Positions 1 through 12,600 of a stretch of DNA of 49,023 bases are shown in pieces; within the stretch, counting starts at the first letter, position 1, and each line of letters starts with the position of its first letter. The DNA is taken from NCBI GenBank assembly GCA_001938485.1, contig MQRK01222846.1:36839-85861 (forward strand), written 5' to 3'. Both the position numbers and the translations under genes were made by a program. The notes under the pieces are model-generated. The model was not told the origin of the DNA. It did not search any database and was given only the letters and a program-made list of their open reading frames with translations. This DNA comes from Girardia tigrina. Its lineage: Eukaryota.

Positions 1-1039
1 AAAGAAAAAAGCTGCAGACAGTTTTCGGCTTCTTGAAGAAACTTATGGTCAACATGCACCAACTCAACAGACTTGCGAGAACTGGTATAAACGTTTCAAA
101 AGTGGCGATTTCGACGTAATTGACAAAGAGCGTTCCGGTCAACCAAAAAGATTCGAAGATGAAGATTTGGAATCATTACTGAAGGAAGATTCTACTCAAA
201 CAGAGAAAGAGCTTGCAAAACAGTTAAATGTTACTCAAGCAGCCATAAGTAAACGTCTATATGCTATGAAAATGATTCAAAAAGAAAGAAAATGGATACC
301 ACATGAATTGAATCAAGCCAACATTGAAAGTTGATTACTGATATTCAATTCATTGCTTACAAGACAACGAAGATGGTCGTTCTTGCATAATATTGTGACT
401 GGAGATGAAAAATGGATTTATTATGTTAACTCTAAACGCAAGAAATCGTGGGTTCATCCCGGCGAACCGTCCACGTCAACAGCAAAAAGAAACATTTGGT
501 TGTTGTGCATTTGGTTGGATCAGAAAGGTGTACTGTACTATGAGCTGCTGAATTCGAATGAAACTGTTAATGCAGAACGTTACCAACAACAGTTAATGAA
601 ATTGAACGATGCATTGAAGGAAAAACGTCCTATTCCAGCCAACAAACAGCGCACAGTGATTTTGCTCCATGACAATGCTCGGCCACATGTCGCAAAACAA
701 GTAAAAAACACGTTGGAAGCACTTAAATGGAAAATTCTACCACATGCTGCCTATTCACCAGATTGTGCCCCATCTGATTATCATCTGTTCCAATCAATGC
801 AAAACGCTCTTTGGGACCAGCACTTCAGAAACCAGGAACATATAAAAAATGGCTGGAACAATGGATCGCATCAAAAGACCAAAACTTTTTTTTCGATGGA
901 ATTCATAATTTGCCTGAAAGATGGTCGAAAGTCATAATTAACGATGGAAAATATTTTGATTAGAATAAAACTTATTATGTCATATAAATAAACTTGTCTG
1001 TTCTGCAAAAAAATCCAAAAAACTAAGTTATACACCTAA
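1..1039 (+). mobile_element. Mariner transposon, Mos1/mauritiana-like, inactive; 5' part lies outside the window
   Basis: Frame 2 reads CENWYKRFKSGDF, RSGQP, WIPHEL, IVTGDEKW, LLHDNARPH, YSPDCAPSDYHLF (DD34D type). In-frame TGA at 332-334, frameshift near 850, natural end ...NDGKYFD* at 961-963. 3' TIR ...AAGTTATACACCTAA ends at 1039, followed by TA. Confidence 0.95.
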
Positions 1040-1128
1040 TATTTCCATATTAAACCTTTTTTTTAAATAAACAAAGTTTAATCTCTAAAATATGAGCACC
1101 ATTCATATTTTTGCGGTTAGTGACATGT

Positions 1129-1237
1129 AGTCAATGCCCCCCATCGATTTCCCTATGGGTCACCCATATAAGTATTATCGCGGTCCTTGGTTGCTTAACT
1201 TCGGAGATCGCACGAGATCCAGCGTACCCAACGTAGT
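1129..1237 (-). rRNA. 5S rRNA-derived sequence, 5'-truncated (probable pseudogene or SINE3-like head)
   Basis: Minus strand reads ACTACGTTGGGTACGCTGGATCTCGTGCGATCTCCGAAGTTAAGCAACCAAGGACCGCGATAATACTTATATGGGTGACCCATAGGGAAATCG..., colinear with eukaryotic 5S (GATCTCGT-CGATC-CGAAGTTAAGCA box A; TGGGTGACC box C). About 12 nt are missing at the 5' end, and no oligo-T follows directly. Confidence 0.8.
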
Positions 1238-1404
1238 TTTAAAAGATTTCCATTATACGCAATTAAAATTAATTTTATGGTTTTATGATCATTTGATACA
1301 TTTCTAGAAATCCAATATTTTGATACTTGCCAACGAAAAATTTGCCTAAAAAAATATTTTCATGATTTCTATTAAAAACTTTAGATTGCTCGATTGAATA
1401 ATTT

Positions 1405-1595
1405 AAATTTTACTTTTTTACTCAAATAAAAATTAAGAATTTTCTTTTAATCGTTTGAAATTATAATGTATCTTATAGTATCAATTAAATTATAGTATAA
1501 AAAATATCACGAGCATCCAAAATACCAATTTTCCAACTATGTTGGAGGAACATATTTCCAAATTCAACATTCCAAATTTTAAATATTTCTCATAT
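1405..1595 (-). repeat. Dispersed repeat family R1, partial copy
   Basis: Reverse complement of 10030-10260 and 26800-27050 (CATCCAAAATACCAATTTTCCA..GTTGGAG..ATTTCCAAAT..CAACAT..AAATATTTCTCA). Confidence 0.75.
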
Positions 1596-2935
1596 CTCCG
1601 TGATTGAAAGGGCTTCATGTACTCCTCATACCTGATCAAACTTATACGATCGTCTTTTGTATCTTGAAACTTTTTTCATGTTCGGTTCTTTATTATGGTT
1701 GGGACCATAAATTGATCTTATTCATTTGTTTATGTTTTCTTTATTTATAAGCACTTAATTCCCAAGTCGGAATATTTGTTTCCTTTGTGTCGTATTTTTG
1801 CCATTTTAATTGTGCTCTTTTATCTCTTCCTTCGTGTCTTTCATATTAAAAAGTTATTTACCTTGTGATACTCTCTCACGAAAAAGTATTCCAGAAAGAA
1901 TTCCAACAATCCAGAAAGATGAATAATTAAGATGTAACTACTGAGAATTGTTGTAATAACCATTTTGTTTGTGTTTTTAAAAAATTATATATTCCCGCGA
2001 ATAATGATGATTATTTTTCTGCTGAAAAGAATTGCTCTTTCCAATTTAATGTGTATCAAAAAACGTTTTTTTTCAAAAAAGTAACATTCCACCAAACATT
2101 CTTCATCCGAATTTAAGTAATTTGGAGGAACCTTTGGATTCTGTCCAACTTCAATAAAAGCTCTCTTATGACTGACCTAACTTGTCTAAGAAGTTATACT
2201 GAGAATATTGTTTTGAAAATCAGTGCAAAAGACTTACAAAAAACATTTCTTGTCAAATTTGGCTTTCCTCTAAAAAAATCTTGAATTCTTAAAACAAACA
2301 TATTTTTTGATCTGAGAATATATTTGAAAATTTTGAAAATAACAGATTAAAGAATTTCCAAGTTCTTTTATTAGAAGTGACATACGTAAAGAAATAGATT
2401 TTTTTTCTTTTTTGATGTTTCACGTCCCCAGATCATCAAATCAATCAAAATGTCTCTTTTAAATAATTGAATATAAAGTAGATTTATATTATGTGTACCA
2501 AGATGAAAAATAAAAAAGTATGGACGGGAGATAAATATATACTTAGCGTTTCTGATTTTGATATACTTTCGTACTTAGAATTCGTTTTTGATTGATAAAT
2601 TACAATTCTACTTTTAAACCTCTAATTATTCCAACAAATTTAAGTCACGATTCCTTAAATATTTAAAAATATTTACTTTTTAAAAATTCTTTTCAAAAAC
2701 ATTTTACTTTAATTTTAAATAAAATAATAATGTTTATCGAATTGTTCCAATAATTAAGAAAATAAATGAATTTTATGTTTAGACCCTAATAATAATGTTC
2801 AAACGGGTCTCTCGACAGCCTTATTCAGTGTGTTTAGATGACGCAATTATTCATCGATTGCATAATCTCTGCTTGTTCATATAAGCCGATTTAAAATTCG
2901 TAATTTCTCTATGGCCTAACGATGACGGTTATATC

Positions 2936-3271
2936 TAGGGCCCACGATTTACAGCGGCAAAAATGATAAATTCTGCGGCATACTAAAATTTTTAATTTTT
3001 TAATTAAAAACACGCCAAAAAGACGTTATTTAAACAAATATTGCATAAAATTACTTTGTAAGTTCTATGATTTAATCCTATTATTATTAATTAAATAATT
3101 TTCATATCGGAAATTTAATAGTAATTATTATTTACTGACGTGGAATTAGCCTACCACAGCTGAAAAAAAATATAAAAAAAATAACGCTGCTAGGTTAATT
3201 GCGTGGCAGTTTGGCAAAATTTGCGGCGTTGTGTTTTTTCTTTCTCAAAACCATAAATTCCGTGGGCCCTA
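2936..3271. mobile_element. hAT-superfamily MITE, 336 bp
   Basis: TIRs TAGGGCCCACGATTTA ... TAAATTCCGTGGGCCCTA; perfect 8-bp TSD GTTATATC at 2928-2935 and 3272-3279. Confidence 0.92.
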
Positions 3272-3570
3272 GTTATATCGTCAAAATTAATTATCTATAA
3301 TAATAAAAAATTCTTTAAATGACGTTTTCATGTGTATCAAATTGATGTAATTTATGATTTTTGATAAAAAAGAATTAAGAAACGATATAAAATATATGTT
3401 TTTCTAATCACAAATATACATATGTTGTATCTCATATACATTTGAAAATGCTGCCACAATGAAAAAGAATTAAAATATATCACTAAAATCAAAATCTTTT
3501 AATACAATAAGTAGAAAATAATTTATAAAATCGGGAATAGAAAGAATAATCTTCACGAATCTTCTCTGAG

Positions 3571-3619
3571 TCAGAATTGCTGGTTCTCGAGTTGACAATA
3601 CTTGATAGACTGAATCCAT
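3571..3619 (-). CDS. FGD-like exon 8 (end of PH2, (K)WIQSIKYCQLENQQF*)
   Basis: TTTAG acceptor; a phase-2 join to exon 7 gives SEEEALKWIQSI, the conserved C-terminal PH helix with Trp; TGA at 3573-3571. Confidence 0.8.
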
Positions 3620-6600
3620 CTAAAGCAAACAGAAATCAATCTCCACTTTCATTTTCTTTTAATATTATTTTTTATTTTTAAAATTTTAAATTAGTAAAAA
3701 TATTATTTTAGATTAATATTTTATGAACCGAGTCTTGATAAGAGGAAACCTTTTTAGATGACATTTGTCAATGTGAATATTTGGGAATCAAATTTATTGT
3801 TATTATTATTTATTAATGTTTATTAATATCAAAAATAATGATAAATTTCAAAGATATTTTAAGAAATTTATTATTATTAATAATAAATGATGTATTATTA
3901 CTATTAAGAACATTGAGGCAACTCTCATTTGAATTTTATTGCAATTACATTTAGAGTCATTATGACTCTCAGAAGATCTTTCATCGATTGCCATCGTTCT
4001 AATTGGTTTTCTTCTTTCTATTTTTAATCATGATTATTCAATCAATTTTTCTAAGTCATTTTTTAAAATATTTAACTTTTAAAAATATTAATTAAAAATA
4101 ATAATTTAAACAGTTTCTTATTAAAACCCAAAATAATAAAAATGTTATCAAATTATTAAAAATTCATTTAATTTAAATTTTGTGTAAAATATTAAACTTA
4201 ATTTTAACTGTTAAATTAAAAAAATATAAACTTAGGAAATGATTATTTTAATTATATTCGAATAGTCAATCACTTTAAATTTAATAAAAAAATACCAATT
4301 TCCATCTGGGTTGGAGAATCACCATTCTAAGTTCAACATACTTAAATCAACATAAAACATCCATGCATTTACACATTCAAACAATTTAAAATATTCCTCA
4401 CAACTATAAAAAATGTAACGAGTAATTTGTATTGATGTAACATGAACTTTATGTCCTAAACTGTGAGAACTTATTTGTACAGTCGTGGCCAAAGTTTTGA
4501 AATCAAAATGAAAAAGATTATTAGAAACAGTAACCCAAGAAAGTTGCACTCGCATATTAATTCATAAATTGTAAATTTATTATTGCTCGTTAAATAATCT
4601 TTCATCTTTACGACTGAAATTGTTCATCATTTGAATATGATAAGTTCGAAGAATAATTGGAGGGGAATTTGTTGACTGAATTGGAGAAAATTGAAGAGTA
4701 ATTAATTCATTATAATAACGGAAAAAACTGCTAGTGTTTATAATAATAGGAAACGCAATGTATATATTGTTTAGATTTTTCATTTAATACTAGGTTGGTC
4801 GAAAAATAATGGCGGTTTTGGGACACAAACTTCAAAGACGTGCAAATTCACAGAAACAAAAGTTTATTAATCAAAGTATGAACCGTTGACATCAATACAT
4901 TTTTGCCCACGAGAAACAAGTTGTTTTATTCCATCAGCATAAAATGCATCGGTTCTCGAAGCGACGAATTCTTGAAAGGCATTTTGAGCATCATTTTGGT
5001 TTTTGAAAATTTTTCAAGTTGGAAGTTGTACAAATGCCTGAAAAAGTAGAAGTCCGTTGTCGAGAGGTCTGGTGAATATGGTGGATGAAGCAGGGTTTCA
5101 TAGCCCAACTCATTAAGCTTTTGAAGAATCACTTTTTAAATATGAGGTCTAGCGTTATAATGAAGATGGATGGGACTTTTTCGATTGACCAATCCCGGAC
5201 AAAGGGTTTTCAATTTTTTATGCATTTCTTCAATTTTATGACAGTACCTCTCCGCTGTGATTGTTTCACCCGGATTCAAGAAACTATAGTGGATGATTCC
5301 AGCATCACACCACCAAACTGTCACCATAACCTTACGGGTGTTAGTTTCGGTTTTGGAAAGTGTTTCGGTACTTCATCTTTGTCCAACCACTGTGCAGATC
5401 GTCGTCGGTTATCATACAAGATCCATTTCTCATCACAGGTAACAATACGATCAAGAAATAGATCGTTTTTATTGCGAAGATGATTGGCAGAACAAATTTC
5501 ATAGCGTCGTTTCTTTTGATTTTCATTCAAATCATGTGGAACCCATTTATCAAGTTTCTTGATTTTTCCAAGTTGTTTTAAATGATCCAGGACTGTTGAA
5601 TGACTAATGCCCAAAACCCATCTGCAAGTTCTCTGATTGTTGTACGGGGATCTGTTTCTACCATTGTCCTCAAATTGTCGTTGTTCACAGCAACTGGACG
5701 ACCACGACCTTCTTCATCTTCAAGGTTTTCATATCCATCAGAAAATTTTCGGAACCATCGCCGTTTCTGCTGTTTTACGACCCAGTTTAAATTCTTACAA
5801 GAAAATTGCTCGAATTTTAATTTTTTCCAATATTAATTTAGCACCGTAAATATTCTAAAAAATAACAGCAATATGTTAATAATGGCTATAGGAATATACA
5901 GCTAGGCATAAGATTTCAAATAATATCTAACACTAATGCATTTAAACTTATATACACATCAAAGTAGATAAAGCTCAAAAACCGCCATTATTTTTCGACC
6001 AACCTAATAGTATTATTAACCATCAATTGTTCAATGTTAATATATTTAGTGACAATCCTTACCTCTGACGCAAGCTTTGAGGAGTCCAGGTTTTGAGTGA
6101 ACTAAGTTTTACTTCACATTAATCATTTAAATGCGTGAACCCTAATTATTAATTTTGAGAACAGAACATGCTTTCAAACTATTGTTCAACAGATTCAGAC
6201 GAATTTTGATGAATAAAATTGTCTTTCGATTTATTAAATACTTATATATCTTCACATGGCTTAGAGGTTTTGATGAAATATGATTTTATGCATAGTATTT
6301 TTTGAAGAACCATTTGTCTTATTAAGCATGGTTTATTATACCTCACCAAAACACCAAAAGGGTATTTCTTTAAACAAAAAATAAAAAATATTATTTAAAA
6401 TTTAAAATTCTATTAATTTCTTTTGACCTTTATATAAAACAATCTCAATAAAAATTAAAGTGTTCTTAATCTTTTAAATATGTTCATCAATTCTTATTAA
6501 AGATACTTTTCTCAATGTCAACTGATAGATACAATGAATTATCTATTTGTCTTCTATATTTATCAGTGATTTATTGGATATTAAAATAATTTCTAAACAG

Positions 6601-9600
6601 AGAATGGGAAATTTTTTTAATACAATGATCTTTCTAAATATAAGTTTTAAAATTATATTTATAGTTTTTTTCCTCTCTTTATCTGTCTTGTCAAAATCCG
6701 ACAATGTCTGTATCATACAATGTAAGTTGAATAAATTGTCTTTTTAATTATTTTATTCATTGAAACTGATATTACAAGTATGAATGTATATATATATATA
6801 TATATTGTGAAGGTTATGTCCATTGACTTTACGACTACATTTAAGGAACTTCACCTGATATGTTTGATTTAGAGAAGTAAAGTATTGTCATTCTTTTTAA
6901 ATTAACCTTTGATACTTAGAAATCTGTTTGTAAACGCATGGCAGAAAAACGCGCTGAGGTTGCCACATTGCTTCGCAGAAAAATTGCCACACAAACTCGC
7001 TGTGATTGGTTAACCAATTGAAGCGAGTATTCTGTGATTTCGAAATTACAAGTGAATTTTCATTTCCCTTTTCTTGAATTTTTCAATATCTGATTGTTTT
7101 ATAAATTTACAACGATCGACAATGATATGATTTATAAACGAATGTTAATCAAATTTCCGAATTTATTTTTATAAATTCAATTTTTATATTACTTTTGTCG
7201 GATTAACGAAACTAATATTTATAAGAATTTTCCTTGCAGAATTTGAATGAAATTTTTTAACTGTACAATTTCAATTACGATTGGTGCCATTTCGAAGATA
7301 AGTTATCGATTTTTTTGCGAATTAGTATTTTAGAACGAAATTTTGGGACAACAATTTAATCTTTATCGATTGTTTGTGACGAAATCCAACGCTATACCTC
7401 TGCTACCATCGGTCAGTCTCAACTCTATAGCAACCTTTGGACTATACCAAACACTATGTGTAGTAATAAAAGTACAATATACTAAAAATAAGCATGCTTA
7501 ACCAGTGCTCTTAAAATATTTTGAAGTAGATGACATTTGTTTAAAATCAAATTTCATTCGGACTAAAACTTTTGAGTACTAGAAAAAAAATACATTTGGT
7601 ATGACCGAAAATTATTGAGATTGAGAAATATTTTTCCACAATTACTCTACAAAACTTTACTCAGCCTTAGAGACCGTAAATGATTCATCAGATGCTACAT
7701 ATGCCATCTATCCTTCTTGTCAGATAACTTATAACCTCATGACGAACTGTCTGGTGTATAATTGAAATATTCAAATAGTGGTATATCATTGACATACTGA
7801 ACATGGTATCGATATCAAAGTCTTTCAGCTCAGACGGAATATATGGTCCCTTAATCGCCAGTATTAATTAAGCTTTAACAATGGTGGTGGAACGATATAC
7901 GAATAATTCTCAGAAGTTCTGAACTGCAAACTTATCAAACAATGCAATTTCTTAACTTTAATGAAAAGAAATTTGCAACAAACTTGTAAGTTGGTTCTCT
8001 GTTAGAAAGTGTGATGTCTTCTTAAGCGATGAAATAGTTATTACTTGGTGAGTCTCTTTACTATTATGTGCTTTGTGGTAATCGAGATTCTGTAAGTGCA
8101 TCTTACACTATCTCACAACGTAAATATCGGATGTGGGTGAAATTCTGAGGTTGTATTATTCAAAATGGACCACCTGTTGTAGAATCTCTGCCTGGAATAT
8201 TGAAACTTCTAAAGCTTCAGCAATATTTTGAAGTCTTACCTCCAACTGTTACAACGACAATTTCACAGAAAAGTAGGCATTTTCAGCTGAACAACACTCC
8301 TATTACAAAACCTTATTTTAAAATCCGTTTTTCATAGCTTACTTACGTTCTACTTTTTCCAACAGCACACGTTTTTTATAATTGACACTGCTTCAGTTCA
8401 CCTCAGTTTTATGTGTTAAATAGAAAGTTCATTTGGAACTCAAACAGAGTACACATAACGTTTCATCAGGTGATTTACAAATATTCCATGGACTACTTAA
8501 TGTGATTTATCAGTCCTTTCTTCCAAAGAGATGTTTATTCTACTAAAAAGACATTTATATTCAAAGTATGGAGGGTATCAAAATCTTGTTTCACAAATTT
8601 CTTCAAAGGTTGTGATAGCAGTTTAACAGTAGATCACGAAATACTTATAATAATTTAATAGAGATTAAAAGTACTTATTTAAAAAAAATATTAATATTAA
8701 TCACATAGTTCGTGTCATTTTATAAAAACTAAAATTAATAACTTTCCAAATTAAAAAAAATAATTTCTTGGAAATTTATTTAATTTTTCTTAATATATAT
8801 TTTTGAATTGATAAATTATTAAAATTTTAAATTATTATAAAACATTAATATTTAAATCTGCGATTTTAAATAAATCAAAAAAAATATTTATCTTTTTTTA
8901 TTGAAATAAAAATGAAATTTCTATCAAATGAAAGTGAATATCCTTCGAATAGGAATACAAAAGTCAATGAGGATGGAAACAAGTAAATCAGTCTCCCTTT
9001 AATCATTCTTATATCAATGGGAATAAAAGGATGAGAATATTAATAATTTAATATTGAAACAGTATAATTTATTTTCAAAAATTAATTTACAAAATTAATA
9101 TTATTTGTCGATTTTCAATGAAAATTTGATTATTTAAAATCACTAAATAGACAAAAAAATAAAATTAATAACTTTCCCATTTATGAATAATAAAAAAAAT
9201 AAGAAATATTTTCGAAATATTTCTTTAAAATTTGTTGTGATATAATTCTTAGTTGTCGACAGTTAAATGGGAGAATGAGAAGAGAGTTTTGAGTCCGATT
9301 TCATTTTGAGTTAGAAACAAAATCGCAGCTGCAAATTGTTTTTTTTTGAGCAATCATAATTTAAAATATTAACGAAACAAAATTAATAAACTGCGTGCAA
9401 AAATAAAATTACTTATTTTTTCTTTTGACAATAATGGAGATTGGAAAAGGGTCATTAGGAAATGTAAATTAATTTATTTAGACTGCATAACCTTCAAAGT
9501 GGGCTCAAAGTGTACGGAAACTGTAAAAAACTTATATTATTTATCGGAGGTTTGTAAGAAATTATTCCAATTTACAATGATATTTTTTTAAAAAATTTTA

Positions 9601-12600
9601 TTAAAAAATAAAAAAAATTTTTTTTTTCATCTTTTAAATATATTTTTTGTAAATGAAATCAGAGCAACTTTCAGCTTATAATGAAGAAAATGAAATTTAC
9701 AAAAACTAAATGAAATGTTTTTTTTCTTTTTATTATAAATATGACAAAATATTAACTTTAAAAATTTATCATCGTTCCATAACTGAAGCAAATATTTTTG
9801 TATTGATTATTTTTATATTTTTTCATAGCTCACTTTGCAAATTTTATGTTTTCCTTTATTTTTTAAGAATATGTAACATTAGTTTTACTGTTAACTTAAC
9901 TGTACCTTAACTCTATCTCTGCTTATTATTTTTGTATGCTAAGAAATGTGACATAAATTAGAATACTTTTGAAAAATTTTCAAATCGTAAGTACGTGTTT
10001 TAGCTTAGTGTTTAGTGTTTGTTTAGTATTTGTGAGGAATATTTTAAATTTGGTATGTTGAATGTTGTATGTTGAGTTCAGTATTTGGAAATGTATTTCT
10101 CCCACCCAGATGGAAAATTGATATTTTGGATGTTCACGATAAATAATTATTCGAGTATAATTTGCATTTTAAAGTACAGCATAAGATATTTAAAAAACTT
10201 TAAAAATATCAAATCGGTTCAAATTTTCATATTAAAAATTTAAATAAAGTAAATATCTTTTAAATAAGTTTTAAATTAAATAAATATTCTTTCTTTACAT
10301 AATTTTATTTTTTAAATAAAATTAATATGTAGATAAAATTATTGCTAAAATTACAAAATTAGATCTTTAAAAATAAAATCTAAAAATAATGAAAAATTTG
10401 TTCGAATTTGTTTATTAAAAAAACATTAACTAAAACTTGTCAATTTAGAACGATGTCGAATTACGAAAGCTTTGCTGAGAGTTGTCCAAAAGGCAATTCA
10501 AATTGTATTGAAAATAAAAGTTCGAAAACCAATGTTGGTGCTCTTAATAGTGTTGGTTACAAGTGTTGATTAAAATAAATTAAAAATAAAGTTGTGAAAT
10601 TTTAATTAAAAGAAATTGTGTTATTGATAAATATAAAGGATAAATTTGTAATCTGCAGTTATTGTTAAGTTAACTAAATTCGTTTTCCAAATCTAAGATT
10701 TTCTAAATTTCTTTATTTTCAGTTTTTATTAATGTATTTTCAAATTGCAATTAAGTTGGTGAAATTTTAATTAAATTTTTTTTATTAATTAAAAGAAATT
10801 GTGTTATGGATGTAAGTTTTTTATGGTTTCTGTTAATAGCAAAATAAAAATATTACATATACTTTTTTTACAGGGTTAGAAAAATGAGTGCTGCGATTTT
10901 GGATGAAAAAAAATCTGAGGAAAACTATCCTTGGAATTATTTCCTCAAAGAGAAAGGTGGCCCAAATGCCAAATGTAAAATTTGTGGGTGACTTATAAAA
11001 GCTGACTGTGATAGCACGAGTGGAATGAGAACGCATTTAAAAGGAATTCACCAAATCAATTTATTGAAAAGAAAACCACAAACTTACATACAACCAAGTT
11101 CTAACGGAGTTAAAAAAAATTACCAATATTTTCACTAATGAAAATGAGGACACAATGGAAGCTGTCATATCTCGAATGGTGGCAAAAGATGGCTTTCCCT
11201 TTTCAAAATTTGTAACATCCAAGGATTTAAAAAAAGTTTTTGAGGCTTCAGGATTCAAATTGCCAGAGTTACCACATACGTTAAAAAACTGTACTAGACT
11301 ATAAAAATCCAAACAAATAAAGAATTGGAAAGCATTATTAAACAAAATGAACGGTTTAATCTTTCATTTGACCCATAGATTTCAACAGGAAATCGTCCAT
11401 ATCTAAACTTAAATGTGCATTTTTTAAATAAAAAAAATATACCGGTATTGCGATTTTGAAAATACCGAAATACCGGTTGTAGTGCCCTACTTACTGACAC
11501 GGTGTGATTATTTTATTTGCATGTTCTTTGATCTTTGTATTTACTTTCGAGTGCTCTGATGTTTCTTTCGTGTTTGACGTGTGCGTATTTATTGTTCATT
11601 GTGCTTTCGAACGTTTGTTTGTTTATTTATTTATTTATCTGACGATAGTATCAAATAAAAAATTCATCGTCGAATATTGCCTCAATTTAGAAACTAATTA
11701 TTAGCAGCATCACTAATGCATTGTCTTATGAAAACTTTCAGAATATTCGCAATTAAATGTCAAATACAAACTTAAAGGACTTTTATTTAGTTGTGATTGT
11801 TCTCATATTACATTTTTTCCTCCTGTGATTCCAAGTATAAATACATAAATATCTCATTTGACTTTGTTAAATAAATCTGTTTCTATTCGGTCAAAGAAAA
11901 TAAAGAAAAAAGAGATCTAAAGCCAATTATCCCGTTACCAACTCATTAAATGATACGAAAGACGAAAAATCTAACACAGGGAATTGCGAAAACATATTGT
12001 ACAATTTACGAAACAAGTTATCCGAGAGAATGCAAAAAAATGCCAGACGTATTTTAGTGATAATTTTTTTTAACCGATGAATCAGTTTTAAATGTTTCCC
12101 CTGATATAAATTATTTCAATCCTAAGTTACCGGGTTCATTGTCCCCGAGAAATGATAAGTTGTCATTTGTTTAAAATAATGAGAAGAATATTCGTCTATT
12201 GAAATTAAAAAAAATCAATAAAAAAAATGGTCGATAAAAAAATTATGACTAATTACCGAATTACCGACGACTTATAATGAGAATTTTTGTTCGGTTTCGC
12301 GGTTGTGATTAATGTATTGTTTATTTTTTTTATTAAAGAGTTGTTAAAAATTTTGTCTTTTTTTGTTTTTTGATCAACTTAGTTTTTTTGTCATACGATA
12401 ATTATTTCTAATGGTAAAATCAGCGAGTAAACTAATTTAATTTATTCACTATAAAATTCGCTGCTTTTACACCGGTTTTGCATTCCCTAGTTACAGAGTT
12501 GTTGCTAGTGGTTATGAAACTTTTTGTGTCTATTCATTAGAACAGATCGAAAATGAACATTAATTTACAAGATGTTATATAAATGAATCGTGTAATGATC

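Noticed and set aside
5085-5849. Plus-strand ORFs of 70-132 aa (likewise 19324-20088, 38601-38828, 46223-46432, 48236-48590)
   Set aside because: They are antisense shadows of minus-strand transposase, FGD, protease or pol sequence.
4790-6007. SETMAR/Metnase-like domesticated gene
   Set aside because: TIRs, TA TSD, frameshifts and a deletion are present, and there is no SET domain.
6547-11704. Short F/I/L/K-rich ORFs (6547, 9710, 11504 and similar elsewhere)
   Set aside because: Expected by chance in very AT-rich intronic DNA, with no motifs or splice support.
11977-12489. hAT MITE with CAGGGAATTGC / GCATTCCCTA ends
   Set aside because: The ends match only loosely and there is no 8-bp TSD.
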